DNA of 64,000 bases from an uncultured Gammaproteobacteria bacterium (GCA_964448705.1 CAYUZS010000001.1:45601-109600); one strand, 5' to 3'; shown: positions 46,574-55,611, numbered from the stretch's first letter. Numbers and translations: made by a program. The notes: generated by a model not told the origin, from the sequence alone.

Positions 46574-47995
46574 CTAATAAGAAAGACCAAATAACCAACG
46601 GTGATGAGATGGCTGGCCACAGTGGACACATTTTCCCACCTCTTCCTTGGCATCAAGAGGCAAACAACGAGTAGTGGCTTTAGTTTCGGTTTTTATTTCT
46701 GCCTCACATTCCGGATTTTCACACCAATGAGCAGAGATGAAACCACGGGTAGTACTCATTATTTTTTTAAATTCTTCATAAGAATCAACTTTAAAAGTGT
46801 GCTCTTGAGTAAATTTTTTATGGCGGTCATAAAGTTGCTGTTGAATATCCACCAACAACTTATCCAGAGTTTCAGACAATTTATCCAATGAGACGGTTTG
46901 TTTCTCGCCGGTATCACGACGATAGACAATCACTGTATTAGCCGAGACGTCGCGATCCCCCAGTTCGATTCTTAGAGGAACACCTTTTAATTCCCATTTA
47001 TTAAACTTATAGCCGGCAGTTTCACTCTCGGCATTATCTAATTTTGTTCTGTATTTACTATTAATCTCTGTGTAAATTTCCAAAGATTTTTTCGCGGCCT
47101 GTTCATGATTGGGAATGGGTACGATCACAATTTGGATAGGAGCAATTTGAGGAGGCAAGACTAAACCGTTTTCATCCCCATGAGCCAGAATTAATCCGCC
47201 AATAGATCTGGTGGAAAAACCCCATGAATTTTGCCAGGGATAAACTTTTTGGCCATCTTTGTCCTGAACGGTCCAGTCAAGAGAATGGGAAAAGTTTTGG
47301 CCGAGATCATGTGAAGTGCAGGCCTGGAGAGATTTACCGTTGGGCATCAAAGATTCAAAAGTGTAGGTATCACCGGCACCAGGGAATTTTTCTGATTGGC
47401 TCTTGCGGCCCTTTATCCCGTACATGGACATCAAATCTTTATAAGTGGATTCGTACATATTGAGAGCCCATAGGACTTCATCCATACTCTCCTGGTGAGT
47501 CAAATGAGCACAGTGACCTTCCTGCCATAAAAATTCAGAGGTCCGCAAAAAAATATAGGTACGCTTTTCCCAACGAACAATGTTGCACCACTGATTCATA
47601 CGGACCGGCAAATCACGCCAAGAACTGGTCCACTTTTTATACATATCGTACATCACCATTTCAGAAGTGGGACGGACAGCTAATTTTTCTGACAATTCTT
47701 TACCTCCGCCGATAGTTACAACAGCTAATTGGGGAGAAAAACCTTCAACATGCTCTTTTTCCTTCTGAAGATAATTCATGGGAATAAAAAGGGGGAAATA
47801 AGCATTAGAGACTCCCCTTTCTTTGATCAAAGGATCCATAAATTTTTGAATGTTTTCCCAAAGAGCATAACCATAAGGACGGATAATCATACACCCCTTT
47901 ACAGGAGCATAATCTGCAAGTTCTGCCTTCAAAACAATGTCATTGTACCAATCCGAAAGATCGGATTTAATATCTTTAAGCTGCGACTTAGTCAT
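46574..47995 (-). CDS. proS: Proline--tRNA ligase (archaeal/eukaryote-like class)
   Basis: KEKEHVEGF, RPTSE, QWCNIVRWE, LRTSEFLWQEGH, WELKGVPLRIE, C-terminal CVHCG. Confidence 0.96.
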   Translation of the reverse strand: MTKSQLKDIKSDLSDWYNDIVLKAELADYAPVKGCMIIRPYGYALWENIQKFMDPLIKERGVSNAYFPLFIPMNYLQKEKEHVEGFSPQLAVVTIGGGKELSEKLAVRPTSEMVMYDMYKKWTSSWRDLPVRMNQWCNIVRWEKRTYIFLRTSEFLWQEGHCAHLTHQESMDEVLWALNMYESTYKDLMSMYGIKGRKSQSEKFPGAGDTYTFESLMPNGKSLQACTSHDLGQNFSHSLDWTVQDKDGQKVYPWQNSWGFSTRSIGGLILAHGDENGLVLPPQIAPIQIVIVPIPNHEQAAKKSLEIYTEINSKYRTKLDNAESETAGYKFNKWELKGVPLRIELGDRDVSANTVIVYRRDTGEKQTVSLDKLSETLDKLLVDIQQQLYDRHKKFTQEHTFKVDSYEEFKKIMSTTRGFISAHWCENPECEAEIKTETKATTRCLPLDAKEEVGKCVHCGQPSHHRWLFGLSY

Positions 47996-48051
47996 GCCAT
48001 ATTTTAACGGAAAAATTTAATTTTATATAAACTTGTTGATAAAATCATCAA

Positions 48052-48285
48052 ATGAAAAATGAATTGTGCCACCACTGCCAAAGAGAAGGACAAAAGATTT
48101 GTCCTTTTGAAAGAAGAATGGGAGATCTCCAAAGAAGAGTGAACCATGTTGACAAAAATGATTTAGAGGCTTTAGCCAAACTGGTAAATAATGAAAAAGA
48201 AATTCATGCTGAAGCGAGAAAGTGGGAATGCACCAAACACAACGAGTTTACTTTAAATATTCCAAAAATAAGCCCGTCCTGTTAA
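48052..48285 (+). CDS. Small Cys-containing orphan protein
   Basis: CHHC..CPF...C..H; TGaTAAAAT 6 nt upstream of ATG. Confidence 0.65.
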   Translation: MKNELCHHCQREGQKICPFERRMGDLQRRVNHVDKNDLEALAKLVNNEKEIHAEARKWECTKHNEFTLNIPKISPSC

Positions 48286-48342
48286 AAATAAATTTTTAAC
48301 AAAGGCGGGCAAGAGACAAAACTATAAAAAATAGTTTGGTCT
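48272..48342. terminator. Tandem hairpins between convergent genes
   Basis: GCCCGTC-C-TGTTAAAAAT-AA-ATTTTTAACA-AA-GGCGGGC (48272-48310) and AGACAAAACTAT...ATAGTTTGGTCT (48314-48342). Confidence 0.5.
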
Positions 48343-48359
48343 AGAAAAATTTTAGCAAA

Positions 48360-50138
48360 TTAATCCTCGATAATTAATGGCAGAACCATGGGCTGACGGC
48401 CGGTTTTATCCAGAATTATCTGTTCAATATGAGCCTGGATTTGAGTACGTAAATACTCAAAATTAGCCGGTGTGCTGGTAGTTTCGTTGAATTTTCTAAT
48501 TACTTCCTGCTTTAGAAATTCTAAAAGATCACTATTTTCTTTGACAAAAACAAACCCACGACTAAGAATTACCGGATCTTTAGTCATTTCTCCACTGTTC
48601 TTATTGACGAGAACGACCACTGAAAACATTCCGTCTTCAGCTAATAGTTTTCGGTCACGAAGAACGGTAGCGCCAACATCGCCAATACCCAAACCGTCGA
48701 TCAACACCTTACGGAGAGGAATATGGGTTTTAGTATCGAAAGTGCCATTACCATAAAAAGTGACGGCGGAATCGATATCGGGGTTAACAAAACTGTTTTC
48801 GGTATAACCAATTTTTTTAGCGATAGATTGATAACTTTTTATATGACGGTAATTTCCGCCAATAGGAAGCAAGAATTTCGGCTTAACCAGGTCGATAAGC
48901 AAAGCGTGTTCTTTTTGATAACCATGGCCGGAAACATGCAGCTCCTCTTTTTCACCATAAACAACACTGGCTCCCATTTTAGAAAGAGTGTCGATTAAGC
49001 TATAAATATTGCTGGTAGTTCCGGGAATATAATCCGGTGAAGAAAATATGACCTTATCTCCGGATTTAATTTTTATACGATGTTTTCCCATAACCATTTT
49101 GGAAAGAGCAGAATCCGGCTGAGCAGCGAACCCGGCAACCAAGAAAATCAATTTATTGTCGGCAAAGTTTTTAATCCTTTCGGGGGCGACGATATCCGTA
49201 TCGGTGAGATTAATGTAACCTAACTCTTTGGCAATCTTAATGGCTTTATCAACGGAGTATCCGACGATAACCACCTTTCGACCGGAGCGTTTACCGTACT
49301 CGATAGCCTGACTCCAGCGGATAATATTACTACTGATAGAGGTAACAAAAACCCGTCCGGCTGCGTTTTTAATTTCGTATTCGAAATTTTCAGCAATGGA
49401 GCTTTCAGAAGGAGAAAATCCTTCGTGATCGGCACCAAGACAGTCTGACATCAGAGCAATAACTTTCTTTTCACCAACACGGGCAATATGACTGAAATCC
49501 GGAGATTTACCGTCCAGAGGGAACATATCGAATTTAAAGTCTGAGCCGTGATAGAAAATGCCAATCGGGGTGGTGATGGCAAAATGATTAGTATCCGGAA
49601 TTGAGTGTGTAACCCGAATTGAATCAACAGTAAACGGACCTTTGACGATAACATCGCCGGATTCGTAAACGTTAATTTTGGCCCGAACATTATCTTCTAC
49701 CAAACGGGATTCGATGAAAGCAGCGGCCAATTTTGGAGCATAGATAGGAATATCCGTACCTAAGATAGGCAGGATAAAACGAATAGCACCAATGTGATCT
49801 TCGTGGCCGTGAGTAATAAAGATACCTAAGATACGGTCTTTTTTATCCTGTAAATAATGAGTGTCGGGGATTTGAAGATCGACACCAAAGGCATCTTCCT
49901 CTGGGAAACCAACACCGCAGTCAACAATAATAATCTGGCTTTTAGTTTCGTCACCATTAGGAATATATTCGTAAACGAACATATTTTGAGTAACATCACC
50001 AAAACCGCCCAGAGAAATTACTCTGACAGCATCATGGGGACTGTTAAACTGTCTAACCTGATTTGTAATTCCGGAAAAAGCGGCTTGTGGCCTAGCAACC
50101 GGAGTGCTTTTGTTTGAAAAATTTTTGTTATTTATCAT
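48360..50138 (-). CDS. rnj: Ribonuclease J
   Basis: LGG, VDCG, THGHEDHIGA, HSIPD, DFKFD, HVSGH, LRDR..LAEDG, SRGFV, PMVLP. Confidence 0.95.
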   Translation of the reverse strand: MINNKNFSNKSTPVARPQAAFSGITNQVRQFNSPHDAVRVISLGGFGDVTQNMFVYEYIPNGDETKSQIIIVDCGVGFPEEDAFGVDLQIPDTHYLQDKKDRILGIFITHGHEDHIGAIRFILPILGTDIPIYAPKLAAAFIESRLVEDNVRAKINVYESGDVIVKGPFTVDSIRVTHSIPDTNHFAITTPIGIFYHGSDFKFDMFPLDGKSPDFSHIARVGEKKVIALMSDCLGADHEGFSPSESSIAENFEYEIKNAAGRVFVTSISSNIIRWSQAIEYGKRSGRKVVIVGYSVDKAIKIAKELGYINLTDTDIVAPERIKNFADNKLIFLVAGFAAQPDSALSKMVMGKHRIKIKSGDKVIFSSPDYIPGTTSNIYSLIDTLSKMGASVVYGEKEELHVSGHGYQKEHALLIDLVKPKFLLPIGGNYRHIKSYQSIAKKIGYTENSFVNPDIDSAVTFYGNGTFDTKTHIPLRKVLIDGLGIGDVGATVLRDRKLLAEDGMFSVVVLVNKNSGEMTKDPVILSRGFVFVKENSDLLEFLKQEVIRKFNETTSTPANFEYLRTQIQAHIEQIILDKTGRQPMVLPLIIED

Positions 50139-50143
50139 AATTT

Positions 50144-50785
50144 TTAAAATAATTTTAAGTTTTTTGCTTCCGAATTTGAATTTTGTTTTACTAACGGCTC
50201 GGAGGCAGGAATACCGTTTTGTAAATAGTCACCGATTCTTAGAAAATCCATTTCAAGAGCGGTTAACATGGCGCCATTTCGCAAACCAGCTGACGGGTGG
50301 TAAACCGGAATAATTGTTAAATCTAAATTACGCCAATTAAGCTGTCTGATTTGCCCGTGAACACGGGAAATAGATTCTTCCGGAAAAAAATAGTTCATAG
50401 CGAACCGACCTAAGGTAATAACTACCTTGGGTTGAATAATTTCCAATTGAGCTTTTAAGTAAGGAGTGCATACTATTATTTCTTCAGGGAGAGGATCGCG
50501 GTTTTCGGGTGGACGGTGTTTTAAAATGTTGGCGATATAAACGTCTTGCCGATCGACTTGAATCGTATTCAGAAGCTTGTTTAACAGTTTACCAGAGTTA
50601 CCGACAAAGGGCAAGCCCTGTTCATCTTCCTGAGCTCCCGGAGCTTCGCCGATAAAAACAATCTGAGCGTCGGGATTGCCGTCGCCGGGAACGGGATTAT
50701 GTGCAGTTTTATAGAGCGGACATTTTTGACATCCGGCAACCAAACCAGAGATGTATTTTAACTTTTGTTCCTTAGTTGCGGACAT
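50144..50785 (-). CDS. Uracil-DNA glycosylase family 4
   Basis: CQKCPL, FIGEAPG..ED..G.PFVG.SG, RPPENRDP, YHPS. Confidence 0.92.
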   Translation of the reverse strand: MSATKEQKLKYISGLVAGCQKCPLYKTAHNPVPGDGNPDAQIVFIGEAPGAQEDEQGLPFVGNSGKLLNKLLNTIQVDRQDVYIANILKHRPPENRDPLPEEIIVCTPYLKAQLEIIQPKVVITLGRFAMNYFFPEESISRVHGQIRQLNWRNLDLTIIPVYHPSAGLRNGAMLTALEMDFLRIGDYLQNGIPASEPLVKQNSNSEAKNLKLF

Positions 50786-51270
50786 TATTGAGTAAATTTA
50801 AATGAGGAGAGAATTTGATCAGAAATTTTGGTATCTAAAAGTTCATCCACATTAAAACTGAATTTAAAATGATTTTTATCAGTATAGTATTTATAAATTT
50901 TTTCTGAACTTTGAATCTGATAAAAACGGTTGGAACCAAAATTCTCTTCTTTAAGAAGAGTGCAAGTTTCTTTTGGACAGGAAAATTTGTTTAGATAATC
51001 GACCGTAAAGACATCTGTACCATTTTTATCTGAAAGATAAATAGAAAAAGAAGAATCACTCTGGGTTTGCGACCAAAGAGTAAGATTGGAGGGATATTGA
51101 AATTCAAAACCGTATTCTTCATTGCGGTAGGTCTGCCAGGCGGAGGTGTTGTGCGAACCAGAGGGAGGGTTAATAATATTTTTTGTACTTAAGGGAGAAA
51201 AAATAATAATGAAACAGGAGAAAAAGATAACTGCCAGTGATAAGGGCCAAAGAAAAATTTTATTTTTCAT
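50785..51270 (-). CDS. Membrane-anchored PsbP-like CPR family protein
   Basis: TM, WQTYRNEEYGFEFQYPS, C-terminal QILSSFKFTQ. Confidence 0.7.
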   Translation of the reverse strand: MKNKIFLWPLSLAVIFFSCFIIIFSPLSTKNIINPPSGSHNTSAWQTYRNEEYGFEFQYPSNLTLWSQTQSDSSFSIYLSDKNGTDVFTVDYLNKFSCPKETCTLLKEENFGSNRFYQIQSSEKIYKYYTDKNHFKFSFNVDELLDTKISDQILSSFKFTQ

Positions 51271-51273
51271 AGT

Positions 51274-51558
51274 TTAGAGGGCGGCACCCTGAAAGTCCGG
51301 ACAATTGTTTTTGGCCCAGTCAAGATATCCGGGTTGACACTGAGCTTTGGTGGGACCGGGACCGGGCATACAATCAACCCATTCACTTTTTGGGCAAGTG
51401 TATTTAAAAATATTAACGGTCGGAACCGGGATAGGCCGGGTGACGGCCGGAGGAGATACTTGGTAATACGGATAGAGAGTTAATAACAAAACCACAAAAG
51501 CAGTGGCTAACATAATCAAAGGAAGAATTAGATTTGAAAAAGTTTTTTCGGATTTCAT
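51274..51558 (-). CDS. Small membrane-anchored 4-Cys protein
   Basis: TM, P/T linker, CPKSEWVDCMP...C...YLDWA..NCP. Confidence 0.7.
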   Translation of the reverse strand: MKSEKTFSNLILPLIMLATAFVVLLLTLYPYYQVSPPAVTRPIPVPTVNIFKYTCPKSEWVDCMPGPGPTKAQCQPGYLDWAKNNCPDFQGAAL

Positions 51559-52028
51559 AGGGCAACTAATTTTCCATTACTATTGATACATTCCGAAACC
51601 ATGGATTTGGGAAAATCATAAGGGCTAATGGTTTTACAGGGAATACTTTCGTTACCATCAAAAACAACCAGCCAATTATTGGTGTCTTTGACTGCCAAAA
51701 ATAAACCGCCTTTCATGGCTAATTTAAAAGTGACTGTGCCCTTTAGATAAGGGGTTTCTTTTTGATCGATATCAATTTGAATATCAGAAATGTTTTTGTT
51801 ATATTTTTCGGCAAAAAATTTCTTTAAAGACTCCGGATCGAGATTATCGCTGACCACAGTCGGTGCAACGGTAATAGAAGGATAGATCGATACATTAGGG
51901 TTAATAGTAGGTGTAACCACCGCCGGCTGGTTAGCACTAAGTAGAGGGAGTTTGTTTTGAAAATGAAAGTAATATCCCCAGACGCCAATAAACAAAAAAA
52001 CTATTAACCAAATGGGGAAATTTTTCAT
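51555..52028 (-). CDS. Membrane-anchored hypothetical protein
   Basis: TM, P/T linker, GGLFLAVK...WLVVFDGN..IPC...FP..MV.EC. Start moved to MKNFPIW. Confidence 0.7.
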   Translation of the reverse strand: MKNFPIWLIVFLFIGVWGYYFHFQNKLPLLSANQPAVVTPTINPNVSIYPSITVAPTVVSDNLDPESLKKFFAEKYNKNISDIQIDIDQKETPYLKGTVTFKLAMKGGLFLAVKDTNNWLVVFDGNESIPCKTISPYDFPKSMVSECINSNGKLVAL

Positions 52029-52032
52029 AAAA

Positions 52033-53094
52033 TTACCACTGAGGAATAAAATTTTTAACATTGGTATCGTCGATCACCACCTGTTTTTGTCTTTCCGAAA
52101 GAATAATCATGGCTACCTTACGGCACAGACCTTCAATATTTCTTTTTAAGGTACGGACACCGGCATCAAAGCCGAGAGGACGAACAATATTTGTCCACAC
52201 TTCCGGTTTAATTACTAAGTCCTGAGGAGTTAAACCCGATTCTTTTAGGGCTTGCGGCAATAAATAATCACGACCGATAGTTATTTTTTCCTCATCGTTA
52301 TAAGACGGCATTTGAATTACTTCCAAACGATCCATAACAGCAGTCGCGATTCGGGAAGTGTTGTTACAAGTGGCACAGAAAAAAACCTGAGAAAGATCGA
52401 AGGGATAGTCTATATAGTGGTCAGTGAAACGATTGTTTTGTTCCGGATCAAGCAGCTCAACCAAAACACCCATAATAGTGTTCAGTGCATCATCGGCAAC
52501 CCGGTCGATTTCGTCAAGAAGAATAACCGGATTTCTAGTTTTGCACTGAGCCAGACCGCGAATAATAGCACCGGGTTCGGATTCCGGATGCTGACGGGAT
52601 TGGCCGCGAAGATAAAGAGGATCACCTAAACCACCAAAAGGAATACGAATAATTTCCCGTCCAAGAACGGTGGCAATGGATTTGGCCATTGTTGTTTTAC
52701 CGGTGCCGACCAGTCCGACAAAAAGCATCACCGGAGCCCGAAGTTTTTGATCGGGCTGACGATTTTTTTGAAGGGTGAGGACGGAAATATATTCCAAAAT
52801 TCTTTCTTTGACACTATCCAAACCATAGTGTCCCTCGTTTAGTTTTTCGTGGGCAAACTGAAGATCGAGAATGTCCTGTGATTCTTTTTCCCAAGGTAAG
52901 GAAATAATCCAATCTATATATTTAGAAATTGACTGATAATTAGCCCAAAAAGTTTCCTCTGAACGGGCATTAATCTGAAGTTGGGAGAACATGTCTGCCA
53001 ACTTTTCTTTAAGTCCGTCAGGAAGGACAATATTTTTGCTTTTTTCAACCAGTTTATTAATCGCCTCTTCTGTCGAGAGCTGCGGAGTATCCAT
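52033..53094 (-). CDS. Lon-type AAA+ ATPase without protease domain
   Basis: YIDWI.SLPW, HYGL..VKERILEY, G..GTGKTT, NPVILLDEID, ELLDPEQN..F.DHY, DRLEVI, GVR.L.R; ends at 353 aa. Confidence 0.88.
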   Translation of the reverse strand: MDTPQLSTEEAINKLVEKSKNIVLPDGLKEKLADMFSQLQINARSEETFWANYQSISKYIDWIISLPWEKESQDILDLQFAHEKLNEGHYGLDSVKERILEYISVLTLQKNRQPDQKLRAPVMLFVGLVGTGKTTMAKSIATVLGREIIRIPFGGLGDPLYLRGQSRQHPESEPGAIIRGLAQCKTRNPVILLDEIDRVADDALNTIMGVLVELLDPEQNNRFTDHYIDYPFDLSQVFFCATCNNTSRIATAVMDRLEVIQMPSYNDEEKITIGRDYLLPQALKESGLTPQDLVIKPEVWTNIVRPLGFDAGVRTLKRNIEGLCRKVAMIILSERQKQVVIDDTNVKNFIPQW

Positions 53095-53108
53095 TAGAAA
53101 AGTATACC

Positions 53109-55301
53109 TTATCTTCGAGGCCTCTGGGGGGCAGAACGGAAATTACTGAAACTACGATTACGATCAAAGTTTGGTCGATCAGGCTGACCTTCCGGCCGTG
53201 GTTGGCCAGGGTGAGCTAATTTGAATTCAGGAGAGCTCAACTTTATTTGATGATTATCGTTGAAACCGGCAATCTTAACTTTAAGTTTGTCGCCTATCTT
53301 GATGATTGAAGAAGGATCGGATAAGAAACCGCCGCTCATTTCGGAAACGTGAAGCAAGGCTTCCCGTCCCGGAAGAAATTCAACAAAAGCGCCATAGGCT
53401 TCAACCCGGGTAACAACGCCATCGTATTCTTCACCAATCTGAACTTCCTTAATCATAGATTCTATTTCAAAAGCGCAGGCATCTATTTTATCGGAATCGA
53501 CGGCAGAGATTGAAGCCCGGCCATCATCATCAATATCAATTTGAACACCGTATTTTTCCATCAAAGCCTTGATGGTTTTACCACCAGAGCCAATAACTTC
53601 ACCAATTTTGTCTTCAGGTAAAGTGACCAGTTTAATTTTCGGAGCATAGGATGACAATTGAGGACGCGGAGCAGATAAAACTGAATCCATAACATCCAAT
53701 ATTTGCATTCGAGCCTTAGTGGAAGCAGCAAAAGTGTCAGTGATCATCTGCAGAGAAAGTCCCATTCTTTTAATATCCAACTGGATGGCAGTGATACCAT
53801 TTCTGGTTCCGGTAATTTTGAAGTCCATATCACCACAGTGATCTTCGATACCGGCAATGTCGGTTAAAAGAACGTATTTTCCATTATTATCAGAAACCAT
53901 TCCTACAGAAATACCGGCCACTTTGTCTTTAATAGGCACACCGGCATCCATCAGAGACATGGTAGAACCGCAAGTGGAAGCCATGGAAGATGAACCGTTT
54001 TGAGACATGACTTCAGAAGTTAAGACGATAGTGTAAGGAAAATCTTCAATAGAAGGAATCACCGGAACTAACGCCTTTTCTGCTAATGCTCCATGACCAA
54101 TTTCCCGACGTCCGGGACGACCGACACGACCGGTTTGACCGGTAGAAAAGGGAGCGGCAGAATAATAATGAATATAACGTTTGGCAACTTCACCATTACT
54201 ATCCTGAAGATATTGCTGTTCGGCCAGAGAACCGAGAGTGGTGATAGTTAAAGCCTGAGTTAAACCTCTTTGAAAAAGGGCGGAACCATGAGTACATGGC
54301 AGAACTCCGGCTTCAATATGGAGAGGACGAATTTCATCAAAGGCCCGCTTGTCATAACGATGACCATTTAAAGTGGCTTCGCGTAGATATTTACGGACTA
54401 AAATGTCGACTCCTTCCATTAATTGACTCTCTTCAACTACTTCCTGATCGATCTTTTCCTGATAAAGTTCTTTTATTTTTTCTTTAAGAAGATCTTCTCC
54501 GGCAATATGAGCGCCATCAACTCCATCGGTAAGGAATTTTTCCAAATCCGTTTTTAGTTGTGCTTCAATTTCGGCCAATAAATCGGCTGAGAGAGATAAA
54601 TTTTCGTATAATATCTTTTTCTTGCCAACTTTGGCGGTGAAGTCGGTAATTTGTTGATTGATTTCCTGTCCGGCCTTATCAGCGGTAGACATAGCGGAAA
54701 GAACGAGATCATTACTAACGATGTTGGCGTTAGCTTCGATCATATTGATACCTTCGGCATCACGGCAAATAAGCAAGTCGAGTTGAGATTTCACCTGATC
54801 TTCAAGATTCGGGAAAAGAACAATCTGATTGTCGATTAAACCGGCACGCACCGCGGAAACAGGTCCATTAAAAGGAATATCAGAAATATTCAGAGCTGTG
54901 GAAGCGGCTAAAAATGCAGGAATAACCACATCGTTAACTTTATCGTTGCTGAGAACAGTAACCATTAATTGAACTTCGTTTTTGAAGCCTTCGGGGAAAA
55001 GCGGACGAACTGAACGGTCGATAATACGGCCAAAAAGAATGGCTGTATCAGAAGGATTACCTTCGCGTTTAATCCATTTACCGCCTTTAATTAAGCCGCC
55101 GGCATAAAGTTTGTCCACAAATTCCACTGAAAGCGGAAAATAATCTTTAGTTTTATCAAGTTTACCGAGAACAACGGTAGCTAAAACAATAGTATTGCCT
55201 GATTGGGCAAGAACAGCAGCATTAGCTTGAGGTGCTAATTGACCAGTAGTTAAGGTGATTTTTTTGTCGCCAGTGACAACATCAAAGGAAATTTTTTCCA
55301 T
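53109..55301 (-). CDS. pnp: Polyribonucleotide nucleotidyltransferase (PNPase)
   Basis: YFPLSV, HGSALFQRG.TQ, RREIGHGALAE, NGSSSMAS.C, DMDFK, KH and S1 domains. Confidence 0.97.
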   Translation of the reverse strand: MEKISFDVVTGDKKITLTTGQLAPQANAAVLAQSGNTIVLATVVLGKLDKTKDYFPLSVEFVDKLYAGGLIKGGKWIKREGNPSDTAILFGRIIDRSVRPLFPEGFKNEVQLMVTVLSNDKVNDVVIPAFLAASTALNISDIPFNGPVSAVRAGLIDNQIVLFPNLEDQVKSQLDLLICRDAEGINMIEANANIVSNDLVLSAMSTADKAGQEINQQITDFTAKVGKKKILYENLSLSADLLAEIEAQLKTDLEKFLTDGVDGAHIAGEDLLKEKIKELYQEKIDQEVVEESQLMEGVDILVRKYLREATLNGHRYDKRAFDEIRPLHIEAGVLPCTHGSALFQRGLTQALTITTLGSLAEQQYLQDSNGEVAKRYIHYYSAAPFSTGQTGRVGRPGRREIGHGALAEKALVPVIPSIEDFPYTIVLTSEVMSQNGSSSMASTCGSTMSLMDAGVPIKDKVAGISVGMVSDNNGKYVLLTDIAGIEDHCGDMDFKITGTRNGITAIQLDIKRMGLSLQMITDTFAASTKARMQILDVMDSVLSAPRPQLSSYAPKIKLVTLPEDKIGEVIGSGGKTIKALMEKYGVQIDIDDDGRASISAVDSDKIDACAFEIESMIKEVQIGEEYDGVVTRVEAYGAFVEFLPGREALLHVSEMSGGFLSDPSSIIKIGDKLKVKIAGFNDNHQIKLSSPEFKLAHPGQPRPEGQPDRPNFDRNRSFSNFRSAPQRPRR

Positions 55302-55336
55302 GTAAATAAAAATAAAATAATATGACTAATTGTACC

Positions 55337-55606
55337 TTACTTCTTCATACCCAGTTCCTTGATGATCTTGGTGTATCGGTCAAGATTGTGACTTTGAAGG
55401 TAGCGCAAAAGACGACGACGTTTAGCAATTTTGCTTAAAAGACCTCTTTTTGCAGGAGAATCGTGCTTGTTATCGCCTAAATGAGATTGTAGTTTTTCCA
55501 ATTCTTTAGTTAGAATCGCAACTTGGATTTCGGGAGAACCGGTGTCGCCTTTAGCTTGAGAATACTTGGTAATAATTTCGTTTTTTTCTTCTTTGGTTAA
55601 TGCCAT
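55337..55606 (-). CDS. rpsO: 30S ribosomal protein S15
   Basis: DTGSPEIQVAILT, HL..NKHD, RGLL..I.KRRRLL.YL. Confidence 0.97.
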   Translation of the reverse strand: MALTKEEKNEIITKYSQAKGDTGSPEIQVAILTKELEKLQSHLGDNKHDSPAKRGLLSKIAKRRRLLRYLQSHNLDRYTKIIKELGMKK

Positions 55607-55611
55607 AGATT

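Noticed and set aside
48272-48310. Hairpin at an orphan's end as an integron attC site
   Set aside because: The box order is GTT..AAC rather than RYYYAAC..GTTRRRY, it is single copy, and there is no integrase in the window.
50144-50785. UdgX (covalent uracil-DNA binding)
   Set aside because: No KRRIH R-loop; RPPENRDP is ordinary family 4.
32702-51270. Diversity-generating retroelement acting on PsbP-like paralogues
   Set aside because: No reverse transcriptase and no TR/VR pair with adenine-specific mismatches in the window.
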